A DNA stretch of 64,000 nucleotides, from the IMG/VR virus record IMGVR_UViG_3300029784_000200, one strand, 5' to 3'. Position 1 is the stretch's first letter; every line of letters begins with the position of its first letter. The notes below the pieces were generated by a model. That model had not been told where the DNA came from. It made no database searches and worked only from the letters and a program-made list of their open reading frames with translations. Made by a program: the position numbers and the translations under genes. This document shows positions 19,503-29,712 of the stretch, one piece after another. Source of the stretch: a virus.

Positions 19503-20456
19503 ATGACAGAAAGACAGATCGAGGACATGTGCAGGAGGCGGTACCAGAATTTTGAGGCGGTGATCCTGCCATGGAGCAAAGATGGACAGGGGCCGGATGG
19601 TGCGGTATCATGCACGGACAACGGGATCCTGGGATTGGAATGGAAGAACCGGGATGGAAGCGGTACCTATCAGAGCCGATATATCATCGATTTGGAGAAG
19701 GGAAACATCATCATTACCGGGGACTGCGGAAACGCCATTGCCTGTTTTTCGAACCAACTGAAGGTGGAACAGTTAAGCGGACTGGTCTCCAATATCGGCT
19801 ACTTTGCGGAAAAGATCCGGTGCGGAGAAGGCATGTTCACTTATGAACCGGAAGACATCGAAGCGGATCTTCAGTTTGCGGAAGAATGCTGGAGAAAGAA
19901 GCATCACGAAAACTGGAGTGATACGATTACGGATTCCGTGAAAAGACTCCGTATATGGTTTTCCGAAAATGAAGTCGCAGGCACGGATTATCCGAAAGAG
20001 ATATGCGACATCTTAGAGGAAATGGAGCCAAACTGGCGCCATGCCGTATACCTGAGGTTTGGCAAACGGTTATCTGCCAGAGTCTACATGTGGCAGATCG
20101 GACTTCAGATGGCACTGGAACAGATCTCACTCAAGGCATTCGACGGTATCAGCAAGAATACGGCTGATCATCTGGCCGCGTTCTGCATGGCAGCCTTAAA
20201 CCCCATGCGCTGGAACGGAAAGGGCAATAACCTCTCTTTTGATCAAACCAGGTGGATGCACAGACTGGGTAATGACCACATACTGCTCGTAAGGCTTGGA
20301 CAGAACATCAACCAAGACTGGTATTTCCGCGTTGCCCTGCTACGAGACGAAGAGCTGGTAAAAGAACAGTTCTGTTGGACAGTCGCATCTGTAGAAGAAC
20401 TTTCAGAAACAATCGCAAATGTCATGCAGGCCGCAATGGAAAATGCGGCACAGTAA
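19503..20456 (+). CDS. hypothetical protein (317 aa)
   Basis: RBS GGAAAGGAGAAAGAAAAAATG; CATACTGA element at 19446. Confidence 0.55.
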   Translation: MTERQIEDMCRRRYQNFEAVILPWSKDGQGPDGAVSCTDNGILGLEWKNRDGSGTYQSRYIIDLEKGNIIITGDCGNAIACFSNQLKVEQLSGLVSNIGYFAEKIRCGEGMFTYEPEDIEADLQFAEECWRKKHHENWSDTITDSVKRLRIWFSENEVAGTDYPKEICDILEEMEPNWRHAVYLRFGKRLSARVYMWQIGLQMALEQISLKAFDGISKNTADHLAAFCMAALNPMRWNGKGNNLSFDQTRWMHRLGNDHILLVRLGQNINQDWYFRVALLRDEELVKEQFCWTVASVEELSETIANVMQAAMENAAQ

Positions 20457-20553
20457 GGTTTGTGTCCGTAACAGGTATCAGAACAAAGAGGAGCGACAAA
20501 ACCCGGGCAGATGACTCCGGGGCACTCCTCTCTCATCTACAAAAAAACAATCA

Positions 20554-20584
20554 GAAGGACGTTGTGATGTGTCCTTCTTTTTTT
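20554..20584 (+). terminator. Rho-independent terminator
   Basis: GAAGGACGTTGTGATGTGTCCTTC followed by TTTTTTT. Confidence 0.65.
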
Positions 20585-20647
20585 GACCAAAAAGTGTTAT
20601 CCGCAAAAACAGGAACCCTGCACATGATACATACTGAAGATATCATA
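20583..20647 (+). promoter_or_regulatory. element promoter TTGACC-box - N20 - CATACTGA (copy 4)
   Basis: CCAAAAAGTGTTATCCGCAAAAA at 20587-20609 and CATACTGA at 20640-20647. Confidence 0.6.
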
Positions 20648-20660
20648 CCGAAAGGAGGAC

Positions 20661-21989
20661 GTGCCGGATTACCGGTACAAACAAACCATGGAAAACAACA
20701 CTATCATTCACGCGGGGGACCGGTTCACGAAGAACGCAGCCACAAAAATGGAAGGCAAAAAAGCAACAGCAGACAATCTGCTCTCCCTGATCACCAAACC
20801 AGGAACACACTTAGACTCATCCAGACTGCTGTCGCTTGAGCGGGCTATGGATACACTCGCATACCAGGAATTCAGTGCCGTATTAAGAAACCGGATCGCG
20901 CAGCAGATCTTTACCACTGCGGAAACCACGGCAAAAGCTATGCATATGGATTTAAGTAACTGGAAACTGACAGAGGATAGCCTGGATGACTTTTTAAACG
21001 ATGATGCATGGGAATCATTTGATGCAGACGATGAACGGGTACACTTGTGGGACGGTCCGTACCTCCAGTTTATCAAAAAGGCAAAATCGGCTACATACGC
21101 CTTAACGGTCTGCGTGACTTCCATCCAGCTGGATTCCGATAAATGGACTCCGGAACAGATCATGTTTTACGTACCGGAGGACGGGGAGACGGATCCGCTC
21201 AGTGAGATGATCACACTGACAAAAGAATGCATCAAGATCGATAAGGACAACAACCGGTGGTTTTACGATATAGATACCAACGTATGGGCACCATGCCCGG
21301 AGGTCAAACTGGACGAAGAGATCGAAGATTCCCCATGCATGCGCCTGGAAGACCGAGAGCTTCCGGAGGATCTGAAAAACATAATCTTAGGTGAACCGGT
21401 AAATGGGGAATATGACCAGGAATCCCTGCGGATGTACGCCAGTCTGTACGATATGACGGCTCCATACATGCAGTGTGACGAGATCGAATTAAAAGAGAAA
21501 AGCATTCCGGTCCTTGTCCCGGCAGACTGGAAAAACTGCGGCTATGCCGTATCCATGGAACACGGTGATGCCGTACTCTGCCAGTACTTAGACTCCGCAA
21601 CCGCGATCCCGGTAGACCAGAGCGAATTTAGCAAGGACGAATTAAAAACCGTCATGGACCATGAAAGACCGGAACAGACCGACGATCTGTATCTCAGGGA
21701 GATCGCGAGGACGAAAGACGCCGGACAGATGGCCGCATGGCTCAAATGCCTGGCCGACCGTTTTCTTCCGTTTGCAATCTATCTGGTACCATTATCAGAC
21801 CGCACCTATGTGATCGCGGAAAGCGTGGCAGATCTCTTAAAAGACCCGAAGATCATGTATTTCGATGACGCAGCCCAGCAGGATCCGCTCACAAAAGAAG
21901 AAGAACAGGCATTAAAGGATGCATATTGCGGATTCATGCGTGCTCTTGCCTGCAGCCGGATCGATACACTGCACCTGATAAACAAATAA
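20661..21989 (+). CDS. hypothetical protein (442 aa, acidic)
   Basis: Track ORF with GTG start at 20661 just after AAAGGAGG; an alternative ATG lies at 20688. Confidence 0.5.
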   Translation: MPDYRYKQTMENNTIIHAGDRFTKNAATKMEGKKATADNLLSLITKPGTHLDSSRLLSLERAMDTLAYQEFSAVLRNRIAQQIFTTAETTAKAMHMDLSNWKLTEDSLDDFLNDDAWESFDADDERVHLWDGPYLQFIKKAKSATYALTVCVTSIQLDSDKWTPEQIMFYVPEDGETDPLSEMITLTKECIKIDKDNNRWFYDIDTNVWAPCPEVKLDEEIEDSPCMRLEDRELPEDLKNIILGEPVNGEYDQESLRMYASLYDMTAPYMQCDEIELKEKSIPVLVPADWKNCGYAVSMEHGDAVLCQYLDSATAIPVDQSEFSKDELKTVMDHERPEQTDDLYLREIARTKDAGQMAAWLKCLADRFLPFAIYLVPLSDRTYVIAESVADLLKDPKIMYFDDAAQQDPLTKEEEQALKDAYCGFMRALACSRIDTLHLINK

Positions 21990-22007
21990 GAAAACAACAG
22001 ATACATC

Positions 22008-22040
22008 CAGACAGACAGTCATCACGGCTGTCTGTTTTTT
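22008..22040 (+). terminator. Rho-independent terminator
   Basis: CAGACAGACAGTCATCACGGCTGTCTG followed by TTTTTT. Confidence 0.65.
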
Positions 22041-22175
22041 ATTAAAAAGTAATAAAATAACTATATAAAATATAAAAGTAATCAAACACTTGACAGAAGT
22101 AATAATATACACTAAAATAACAGTAGAGACAAAAAGTAACGTAAAAAGTAATCGAATACAAAAGGGAGGAACCAT

Positions 22176-23438
22176 ATGATCAAACAATGGTACAGTACAA
22201 CTGCCGCAGAATTTGCATCCATGACGGATGTGACAGATGAGGAGATCCGCGAGGCATCCCGCGGAGAAGTAAGCAAAATGACCGCAGAAGGGGAAGACAC
22301 CGGAGATTTCACTGCTACCTTACAGGATGAAAGAATCTTCGGTATGATCCCCGGGGACCATCCGGACCGCATGGGACACATCGAACTGACAGAGCCGGTC
22401 GTAAACATCCAGTATACCAGAGGGCGTAAAGCGACCCTTCCGGCAAAGCTCCACATGAGCTTACGTGATCTGGAATCCGTGATCTACGGAAGCTGCTTTA
22501 TCCTGACCGGGGAAGACCGGACAGGCGGAACCAGGACATATACGGATAAAGAGGCTGCTGCATGGAAAGAGAAGCATCCGGACACAGACCAGATCTTTCA
22601 GACGGAAACCGAAGCGATCGCAACACTCCTTGCTGAACAGGGATTAAGCGAGGCACCGTACATCCTGCACTGCATCCCGGTCATGCCGGCGTGCATGCGT
22701 TACATGGGATGCCCAGGGGAAGGCGGGAAACCAGCATTCATCCCGCTTGCGATAAACCGCTTATACGAGAGGGTCGTTTCCCAGTCCGGACGGATCCGCA
22801 GGCTTTTAGCCTTAAATATCCCATTCCCGCAGATCATCCGCATCAATGAGCACCGCATGCTTCAAGAAGCAGTCGACTGCCTGGTGAGCAACGGGCTGCG
22901 TGCCTTTCCGAAGACATACCGCGCGTATCCGATCAGTTCCCTGGACGAACTTTCCAACATGATCATGAACCCGGCGCCGGAAAAGGTTGCCGACTTATCC
23001 GGGCTTCTGACACTTCCGGTAGAAAGGGAAAAATTAACCGAGCGGTGGCGTGCCTATGAAAAAAGCCTGGACTGGGAAGAACCAGATGAAGACCAGGAAA
23101 ATGGACCGGATACGGAAGCCGAGGCAGAAGCAGAAGCTAAAATAAAAGAAGCGTCTGACCGCGTCCTGGAACTGATGGAGCCGGTAGTCACTTGGTTACT
23201 CAAAAACGTATTTGCGTCCTACCAGGCAGACCCGGAAAAGCTTCGCTGGCTGACCGACCAGGCAGTCCTTGGCTCCGTCTCCTGTTTTATGGAGAACGAA
23301 GAGGCGGATGAAGAAGAAAAGAACGAACAGAAAGAAAGCAAAGATGATTCGGATGACTGTGAATTCCTGTTTACAATCGCGAAACCGGTTTACGAAATTC
23401 TCCGTATCTATTTCAACAAACAGTACATCTGGTCATAA
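22176..23438 (+). CDS. RNA polymerase beta-prime N-terminal (clamp/clamp-helices) homolog, 420 aa, without zinc ribbon or catalytic domain
   Basis: Collinear similarity to bacterial beta-prime residues ~60-350. [29 protein letters not shown] aligns with [40 protein letters not shown]...[47 protein letters not shown] aligns with ILTVLPVLPPDLRP...[45 protein letters not shown]. No NADFDGD motif. Confidence 0.6.
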   Translation: [420 protein letters not shown]

Positions 23439-23448
23439 GGAGGAACCT

Positions 23449-24654
23449 ATGGGAGATTTAAAAAAAGAGGCCCGCGAGGGAACAGATCCGCACGGCGGGC
23501 AGGAGTTTAAAGAGTTCCGCAGGCTGCTGCGGGAGGGCATCGGGATCCGCACACAGCGCGAATTTGCCCGGGTATCCGGGATCAGCTACACGCATTTAAA
23601 CCGCTTGTTAAACCAGGAAGTGATCGCAAGACCGTCAAAGAACACATTAAAAACCATGGCAGAGCACATGCCGACGGTAGCCTTAAAGGATCTCTTGGTA
23701 TCCTGTGGATACGAAACGGAGGACATCCATACGACGGCTGCCAAACTGGTCCGGGACTTTAAGGAATTCTTCTTAAAAGACGGCCAGGAATACCATCTGG
23801 TGTGCGAAACCATTGAACGGTTATGTGAAGCCTTCGACATGCTCTACCGTCCGGAACATACAGACGCGTTATCTTTCTATTTCGGACCGGAAATGCCGTG
23901 CGACAGCACGGTTTACCAGCAGGCGGAACATTCCATGCAGATAGGCTTAACATGGGGAGATGCAGACTACGTGTGCCGCAACACCTTTATCGTCTATTAT
24001 GCGAAGACCACCGCAGGCAAACTCTTAATCATGGGGATGGACGTCAAACGGGCGTTAGACGGGACGGAGACGCAGATCACACCAAGGGAAACCGCCAAAA
24101 AGAAAACGGCCGATACGGCACACCGCCTGTTACAGTACCTGCTTGGCGGGGAAGCGTATGAAACGGTCAGCATCGGGCCGGGACTGCCGTATAAAGAGAC
24201 ACCGCCGGGCTTCGTGGACTTTTTATCAAACCACCGCAGCACCTTCTGTACGAACCCGGAACGCATTCAGTTATGGAAGCGCGTCGTAGCCGATGGTGAG
24301 GATCCGAACCAGGTCTTTAATACCTTTACGGATCACGGCGGTGGAGCTGGAACCGGCGCGGTCATCGCGACCATTATGACGGAAGAATTAAAAAACGAAC
24401 CTTACATGAAGGACCGTGAATTTTTATATATGGAACCATGCGAAGCACTGCCGGAGGAAAGCCGTGACGCATTCATCATGACGGAAAATGCATATGGCTC
24501 AGATGACTGTCCCAAGGAGATCCGGATCCGGCTGTACTTTTACGCAAAAGAGCTTGGTATCCAGAAATTTGGCCTCTGCTACTACCGCCACGTGACTTAC
24601 CGGGATACCAGGAACTGGTATGATACAGACCGATACGGGGAATATCTGCGATAA
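23449..24654 (+). CDS. XRE-type HTH domain protein with a large C-terminal domain (402 aa)
   Basis: ATG at 23449 after AAGGAGGAACCT; HTH EFKEFRRLLREGIGIRTQREFARVSGISYTHLNRLL. Confidence 0.55.
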   Translation: MGDLKKEAREGTDPHGGQEFKEFRRLLREGIGIRTQREFARVSGISYTHLNRLLNQEVIARPSKNTLKTMAEHMPTVALKDLLVSCGYETEDIHTTAAKLVRDFKEFFLKDGQEYHLVCETIERLCEAFDMLYRPEHTDALSFYFGPEMPCDSTVYQQAEHSMQIGLTWGDADYVCRNTFIVYYAKTTAGKLLIMGMDVKRALDGTETQITPRETAKKKTADTAHRLLQYLLGGEAYETVSIGPGLPYKETPPGFVDFLSNHRSTFCTNPERIQLWKRVVADGEDPNQVFNTFTDHGGGAGTGAVIATIMTEELKNEPYMKDREFLYMEPCEALPEESRDAFIMTENAYGSDDCPKEIRIRLYFYAKELGIQKFGLCYYRHVTYRDTRNWYDTDRYGEYLR

Positions 24655-24882
24655 GAAATGTATTCATCTCCAACCAGCGTAGCAGCCATTCCCATGGGCG
24701 GGGGCGCTCCCAGGCGGAGATGCTCCGACAATAGCAGGAACATTCCTACTACAACAGGACTCACAAAAAAAAAGAAAAAACGGTGGAGCCATCCGATATC
24801 CGGAATGCATCAGCCCGGGGCGCGAAAGCGTACCCGGGTTTTTGATGTGATATGCGAATTACCAAAATGGTGACGACTAAGA

Positions 24883-24901
24883 GGTGTTCCCCGGGAACAC
24901 C
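24883..24901. promoter_or_regulatory. 19-bp palindrome GGTGTTCCCCGGGAACACC (copy 4 of 7)
   Basis: About 45 nt upstream of the CATACTGA element at 24946. Confidence 0.55.
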
Positions 24902-25000
24902 CGCCAAAAGCCAGTAAGAAAAAACGGCAGGATCCGATCCGGACCATCCACATACTGATACCGAACGATCATCATAAAAAGGAATGAAAGGAGAACAGAA

Positions 25001-26659
25001 ATGACAAAAGAAAAAGACACAGACAAGAAACCGGATAAGACGGCAGTGTGGCTTGGGATCGTTAAAAGAATCGCGGAATGCCGCAAACAGCACATGACGT
25101 GGAACCAGATTGCGGAAGCAACCGGCATGACTGCTGCATCTGCACAGTCCAACTGGTACCGCAGGAAACATCTGCTGGAAGAAGGACTGGAAGAAAATCT
25201 CCAGGAAACGCCGGAGGGCGAAAAACCAGAGGAAACGGACGCACCGGAAATCCCGGTGACGGCGGATCCGCGCGAACCGGAAATCCAGAAAGTACATGCG
25301 GCGACAGAAAGCGTCATGCCGGAAACACCGGATGATCAGGAAAAAGAACCGTCGGACGGACAGGCCGTTTCGCAGGAAGGCCGTGAGAGCGGCCAGAAAA
25401 CAGCCATGACAAAAGGAACACGTCTTCCGGATGTTTTTCGGGTGTCCTTCTGGTTTACCGGATGGAAAGGCAGGACTCCGGGAGATATTCTCTTGGAAGC
25501 TGAAAAAAACGGTACCCTGGATCAAAGCATCCAGGCTATGGAGGACATCCTGGTATTCATGAAGGAAAACCGCAGATTCTATCCACGAAACGATACCATG
25601 ATCCCGGTGGTGACGCAGGCCATTGACCTTGCAAAACGCGGAGAACTGGAGCAATTTCGCATGGAAACACTCAGGCCACGCCCATCCACAGACCCGTCCA
25701 CACATGAAATGCACATGACAGCCGAAATGAATTTGGCAGACCTCCTCTGGACTTGCAACTCACGTAAAACCGATCCAGAACCGGAACCGGAATTAAAACC
25801 GGTACAGAAAGAAAGTCAGGTAATGGAGCCGGTCATGGAAGTCTGGGAGAAACCGGATACCGCTATTCAGGATGACGGACCGGATGATGCATGGGTCAGG
25901 TCGACAGATGTGCAGGAAGAAAAAGCGGAAACAGAAAATACCCACCCGGATCAGTATATAGTCCGTCTGTTAAAAGACGTGATCCGCTACCGGACGCATT
26001 ATCTGGTGGATACGGAAAACTTCGGGACTCCGATCATCGAACGGCTGGTCACGGGATTAAAGGATACGGAAATGATCCATCTGTTTTATACGGACAATTC
26101 CCCAGCACTTACGTACCGTATCATGGAGAAACTGTTACAAAGACCGGACCAGATCCAGCTGGAAAGCTGCATCGCCGGAACGGCAAATGCCATGGATTTT
26201 CAGCTGATCAGCGCACTCGGATGCTTATTATCCGCATGTGACCCGGGAAAGAATGATTTTAAGATCATTTCGGATGACCGTGGCTATGATGCAACCGTTG
26301 CCTTCTGGACCAAGCGCGGGATGCCGGTAACAAGGATCCCGTCCTGTAGCGTCGCATCATCAAAGACGCCGGCGCAGGCAAAGAGAAAACGGGAAACAGA
26401 CGTCATTTCGACCACTTTTCAGGAAAGGGACATAAAAGAACAGGAACGCTGGGTACAGATCATGTCATGCCATTACGGCAACTTCTGTAAAAAGCATCAC
26501 GCGACAGCTACGACACCGACGGTCAACTCCCGAATCTTGCTGCTACACTCAGACTTTCGAACAGAGGATTTTGCAAAAGACGCGGCCGGATTCTTGCTGA
26601 AAGTACCCAGAGAAGAAATCTTGAAAGCCAGACAGGATGTTTATTCAAAATTCCGATAA
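25001..26659 (+). CDS. HTH (sigma-region-4/LuxR-like) + acidic linker + C-terminal NYN/LabA-like domain protein (552 aa)
   Basis: N-terminal MTWNQIAEATGMTAASAQSNWYRR; C-terminal YLVDTENFG...CIAGTANAMDFQLISALGCLL...FKIISDDRGYDATVAFWTKRGMPV resembles the NYN domain. Confidence 0.5.
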   Translation: MTKEKDTDKKPDKTAVWLGIVKRIAECRKQHMTWNQIAEATGMTAASAQSNWYRRKHLLEEGLEENLQETPEGEKPEETDAPEIPVTADPREPEIQKVHAATESVMPETPDDQEKEPSDGQAVSQEGRESGQKTAMTKGTRLPDVFRVSFWFTGWKGRTPGDILLEAEKNGTLDQSIQAMEDILVFMKENRRFYPRNDTMIPVVTQAIDLAKRGELEQFRMETLRPRPSTDPSTHEMHMTAEMNLADLLWTCNSRKTDPEPEPELKPVQKESQVMEPVMEVWEKPDTAIQDDGPDDAWVRSTDVQEEKAETENTHPDQYIVRLLKDVIRYRTHYLVDTENFGTPIIERLVTGLKDTEMIHLFYTDNSPALTYRIMEKLLQRPDQIQLESCIAGTANAMDFQLISALGCLLSACDPGKNDFKIISDDRGYDATVAFWTKRGMPVTRIPSCSVASSKTPAQAKRKRETDVISTTFQERDIKEQERWVQIMSCHYGNFCKKHHATATTPTVNSRILLLHSDFRTEDFAKDAAGFLLKVPREEILKARQDVYSKFR

Positions 26660-26821
26660 GAAACGAAAAAGAAAAAGAGGGAAAATATGACACAGACAAT
26701 CACATTATCAAAAAGAAATGGATCTGATCAACAACCTGCTGAATCTCACAGGGAGTGAAATTTACTGCAGGGATTTGTATTTAGGGTTTAGTCTAAACTG
26801 AACTTTAACGGAGGTATAAAA

Positions 26822-27073
26822 ATGGCTTATGGCTATAAGAATTTATCAAAAGCACAAGAAGATGCAATACGAATTATGAAAGCACATGACAATACTTTGG
26901 TAAAAAGAGACGGATTTTGGACGTACGAAAATTGTGAATTTCATGAATGTCGTAATGGAAACGATTTGTTGAAAATTCCAATTTATAGTTGTCGATTGAC
27001 AACATTAAGAGTGCTTGCACGAAGAAATGTGATTACTCTTGATGAAGATAAAGGTATTTGTAAATTAAACTGA
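26822..27073 (+). CDS. hypothetical small protein (83 aa) in a low-GC island
   Basis: RBS AACGGAGGTATAAAAATG; the surrounding ~400 bp is markedly AT-rich. Confidence 0.4.
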   Translation: MAYGYKNLSKAQEDAIRIMKAHDNTLVKRDGFWTYENCEFHECRNGNDLLKIPIYSCRLTTLRVLARRNVITLDEDKGICKLN

Positions 27074-27195
27074 AAATTATACGTATGCAAGTGAACCGGA
27101 AGAAGAGTCCGTGCAAACTGCCGGACAGATCCTGGCATGATCGTGACCATCCGGAATCACAATCATCATATTTATGCAAAAACAAAGGAGAAAAA

Positions 27196-29271
27196 ATGGA
27201 GATCAGAAAATTAGCAGAAGAAAATAAGGATGTACAGGCATTTTTAACCAGAACATTGAAGATCGCGGCGGCGCAGTATTACAATACCGGGACTTCCGCA
27301 ATGACGGATTATGAATTTGACCGGCAGCTCGCGCGCTTAAAAGACCTGGAAGCAGAACACGGCTTTGCGTATGAAGGAAGCCCGACCATCGCAGTCGGAG
27401 CTCCGGTCGTGGTTTCGGAATTAAAAAAGGTAAGGCATAAACAGGAAGCCTTATCCCTCGATAAAGTAAAATACGCAGAACGCGAGACCCTCACAGACTG
27501 GCTTGGCAACAAACAGGGAATCCTCTCCTGGAAAATGGACGGTCTGACCGTTGTTGTGACCTATGACCAGGGAAAGATGGTACAGGCCGTGACCCGAGGA
27601 AACGGAGTCGAAGGAAGCGACATCACGCACAATGCGAGATTTTTCAAAGGACTTCCGGAGACCATCCCGGACAAACGCCATATCGTGATCCGCGGAGAAG
27701 CAGTCATGACCTATGCAGAATTTGACCGCGTCAATGAGGAAAATGGCGGGATCTACGAAAATGCAAGAAACCTCGCATCTGCAACGATTCAGATGCTTGA
27801 CAGCCGGGAATCCAGGAAAAGGGAGATTAGTTTCTATGCCTTCCAGCTTGTGGAACCGGATGCGCAAGAGGAATCACTCCGCTATGAGGATATACGTTTC
27901 GGATTTTTACAGGCCCAGGGTATCCAGACCGTCGCTTTCTGCTTAACGGACGCAGACCAGATCCTTTCTGACATCGATAACTGGCAGAATGCACTTCCAT
28001 CAAACCCTTACCCGACAGACGGACTGGTCCTTTCCTACAATGACCAGGAATATGCCGAAGGACTTGGCAGTACCGGACATCACCCACGCGGAAGTATCGC
28101 CATGAAATGGACGGATGAAACGAAGGAAACGGTATTACAGGACGTAGAGTGGTCCGTTGGAAAGACGGGTATCATCACTCCGGTCGCCATCTTCGATCCA
28201 GTGCGTCTTGGTGCCGGTTCTACCGTAACCCGCGCTTCCATGCACAATTTATCCGTCATGGAGCATATTCCATCCGAAGACGAAGGCGCTGTCTCCACTC
28301 TGCAGATCGGCTCCAAGATCCAGGTCGGACTGGCAAACATGATCATCCCGCAGATTTATTTGCAGACAGCGGGCAATCTGGATCAGATGCGTCCGATCGA
28401 AGTGCCGGAACGATGCCCGGTATGTGGACAGCCGACCAGAATCGAGAACCGTAACGGAATACGCGTCCTGCACTGCGATAACGCGAACTGCCCGGCAAGG
28501 ACCAGGGGCATGCTTGTCAATGCGTTCAGCCGTTCCGGCTTAAACGTCAAAGGGCTCGGACCGTCCCAGATCGAAGACCTGCAGCAGGTGAAATTACTGG
28601 AACGCTACCCGGCAGAAGCGTATACCTTAAAAGCACGCACACAGGGAAAACTTCCGGAAACATTAGCTGCAAGAGACGGCTGGGGAGAAAAATCCTGGAA
28701 GAACCTTCTGGACGCCATTGATGCATCCAGAAAGACCACACTCCAGAGACTCCTCTTTGCTCTCGGGATCCCGCTCCTTGGAAATGACTTATCAAAGAAA
28801 CTTTCCGCACATTGGAGCGGAGACTTGGAACAGTTCCTGGCATATTATGAGAATCCATCGTATGAGGAGCTGGTGAACCTGGACGGCATCGGAGATGTTA
28901 AGGCGCGTTCTGTCTATGACTGGTGCCGGTTTATGAAAACAGATGCCGTAAAGAACCTGATGTTCCACATCCTGGTGGAAGAGCTGGAAATCGAAAAACC
29001 GGAACAGAACACAGACCAGTCCTTAAAGGGCCTGACCTTTGTGATCACCGGAAGCGTCCACATCTACAAAAACCGCGACGAGTTCAAAGCATCCGTCGAG
29101 GCGCGTGGAGGAAAGGTAGCAGGTTCTGTATCAGCAAAAACCTCCTATCTGGTTGAAAATGCACCGGAAGACGGCAGCACGGCAAAGATGAGCACCAAGA
29201 GTAAAAAGGCCCATGAACTCGGGATTGAAGTGCTGACGGAAGATGCATTTGTAGAGAAATTCGGAAAATAA
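27196..29271 (+). CDS. ligA: NAD-dependent DNA ligase LigA
   Basis: ATG at 27196 after AAAGGAGAAAAA. Adenylation motif SWKMDGLTVVVTY; Zn finger CPVCGQPTRIENRNGIRVLHCDNANCPAR; C-terminal BRCT-like domain. Confidence 0.9.
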   Translation: MEIRKLAEENKDVQAFLTRTLKIAAAQYYNTGTSAMTDYEFDRQLARLKDLEAEHGFAYEGSPTIAVGAPVVVSELKKVRHKQEALSLDKVKYAERETLTDWLGNKQGILSWKMDGLTVVVTYDQGKMVQAVTRGNGVEGSDITHNARFFKGLPETIPDKRHIVIRGEAVMTYAEFDRVNEENGGIYENARNLASATIQMLDSRESRKREISFYAFQLVEPDAQEESLRYEDIRFGFLQAQGIQTVAFCLTDADQILSDIDNWQNALPSNPYPTDGLVLSYNDQEYAEGLGSTGHHPRGSIAMKWTDETKETVLQDVEWSVGKTGIITPVAIFDPVRLGAGSTVTRASMHNLSVMEHIPSEDEGAVSTLQIGSKIQVGLANMIIPQIYLQTAGNLDQMRPIEVPERCPVCGQPTRIENRNGIRVLHCDNANCPARTRGMLVNAFSRSGLNVKGLGPSQIEDLQQVKLLERYPAEAYTLKARTQGKLPETLAARDGWGEKSWKNLLDAIDASRKTTLQRLLFALGIPLLGNDLSKKLSAHWSGDLEQFLAYYENPSYEELVNLDGIGDVKARSVYDWCRFMKTDAVKNLMFHILVEELEIEKPEQNTDQSLKGLTFVITGSVHIYKNRDEFKASVEARGGKVAGSVSAKTSYLVENAPEDGSTAKMSTKSKKAHELGIEVLTEDAFVEKFGK

Positions 29272-29327
29272 TCGAATATACGAACTGGTAACCGCGCATT
29301 AGCCCCAGACGAAAATAACAAAACAAT

Positions 29328-29368
29328 GGACCCTTCACTCCACATGATGGAGCGGGGTCCATTTTTTT
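29328..29368. terminator. terminator hairpin after ligA
   Basis: GGACCCTTCACTCCACATGATGGAGCGGGGTCC followed by TTTTTTT. Confidence 0.6.
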
Positions 29369-29641
29369 GTAAAAATCATATAATCTCAATCACAAGACAT
29401 GGCCCTATATTTTCTCCTTGTCCACATATACGGCCGTAAATATTCTGGATCTCCCTATCCATGACCTCATCTTCGATTTCCCCATCAAGACCATAAATAT
29501 CACCACCATATACATGGATTTTTTTGCCCTCAATGATACGCACAACACTGATTCGTCCTAAGACCCCAACACCCTGTGATAATAATTCTCGCAATGTCAT
29601 AGCATACGCCTCCTTAACCACACATCTCAACAACACAACGT

Positions 29642-29712
29642 CTAACACGGCCCAGCCGGTGGCGGAGCTGCGCCGGCTAATCAATCACGGCTCTCGCCGG
29701 TCCCTCCATCAC
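29642..29712 (-). mobile_element. IS200/IS605-end-like 70-nt segment at the tnpB 3' end, repeated upstream of iscB
   Basis: Reverse complement GTGATGGAGGGACCGGCGAGAGCCGTGATTGATTAGCCGGCGCAGCTCCGCCACCGGCTGGGCCGTGTTAG is about 95% identical to 52913-52982. Contains an imperfect hairpin AGCCGGC...GCCGGCT. Confidence 0.6.
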
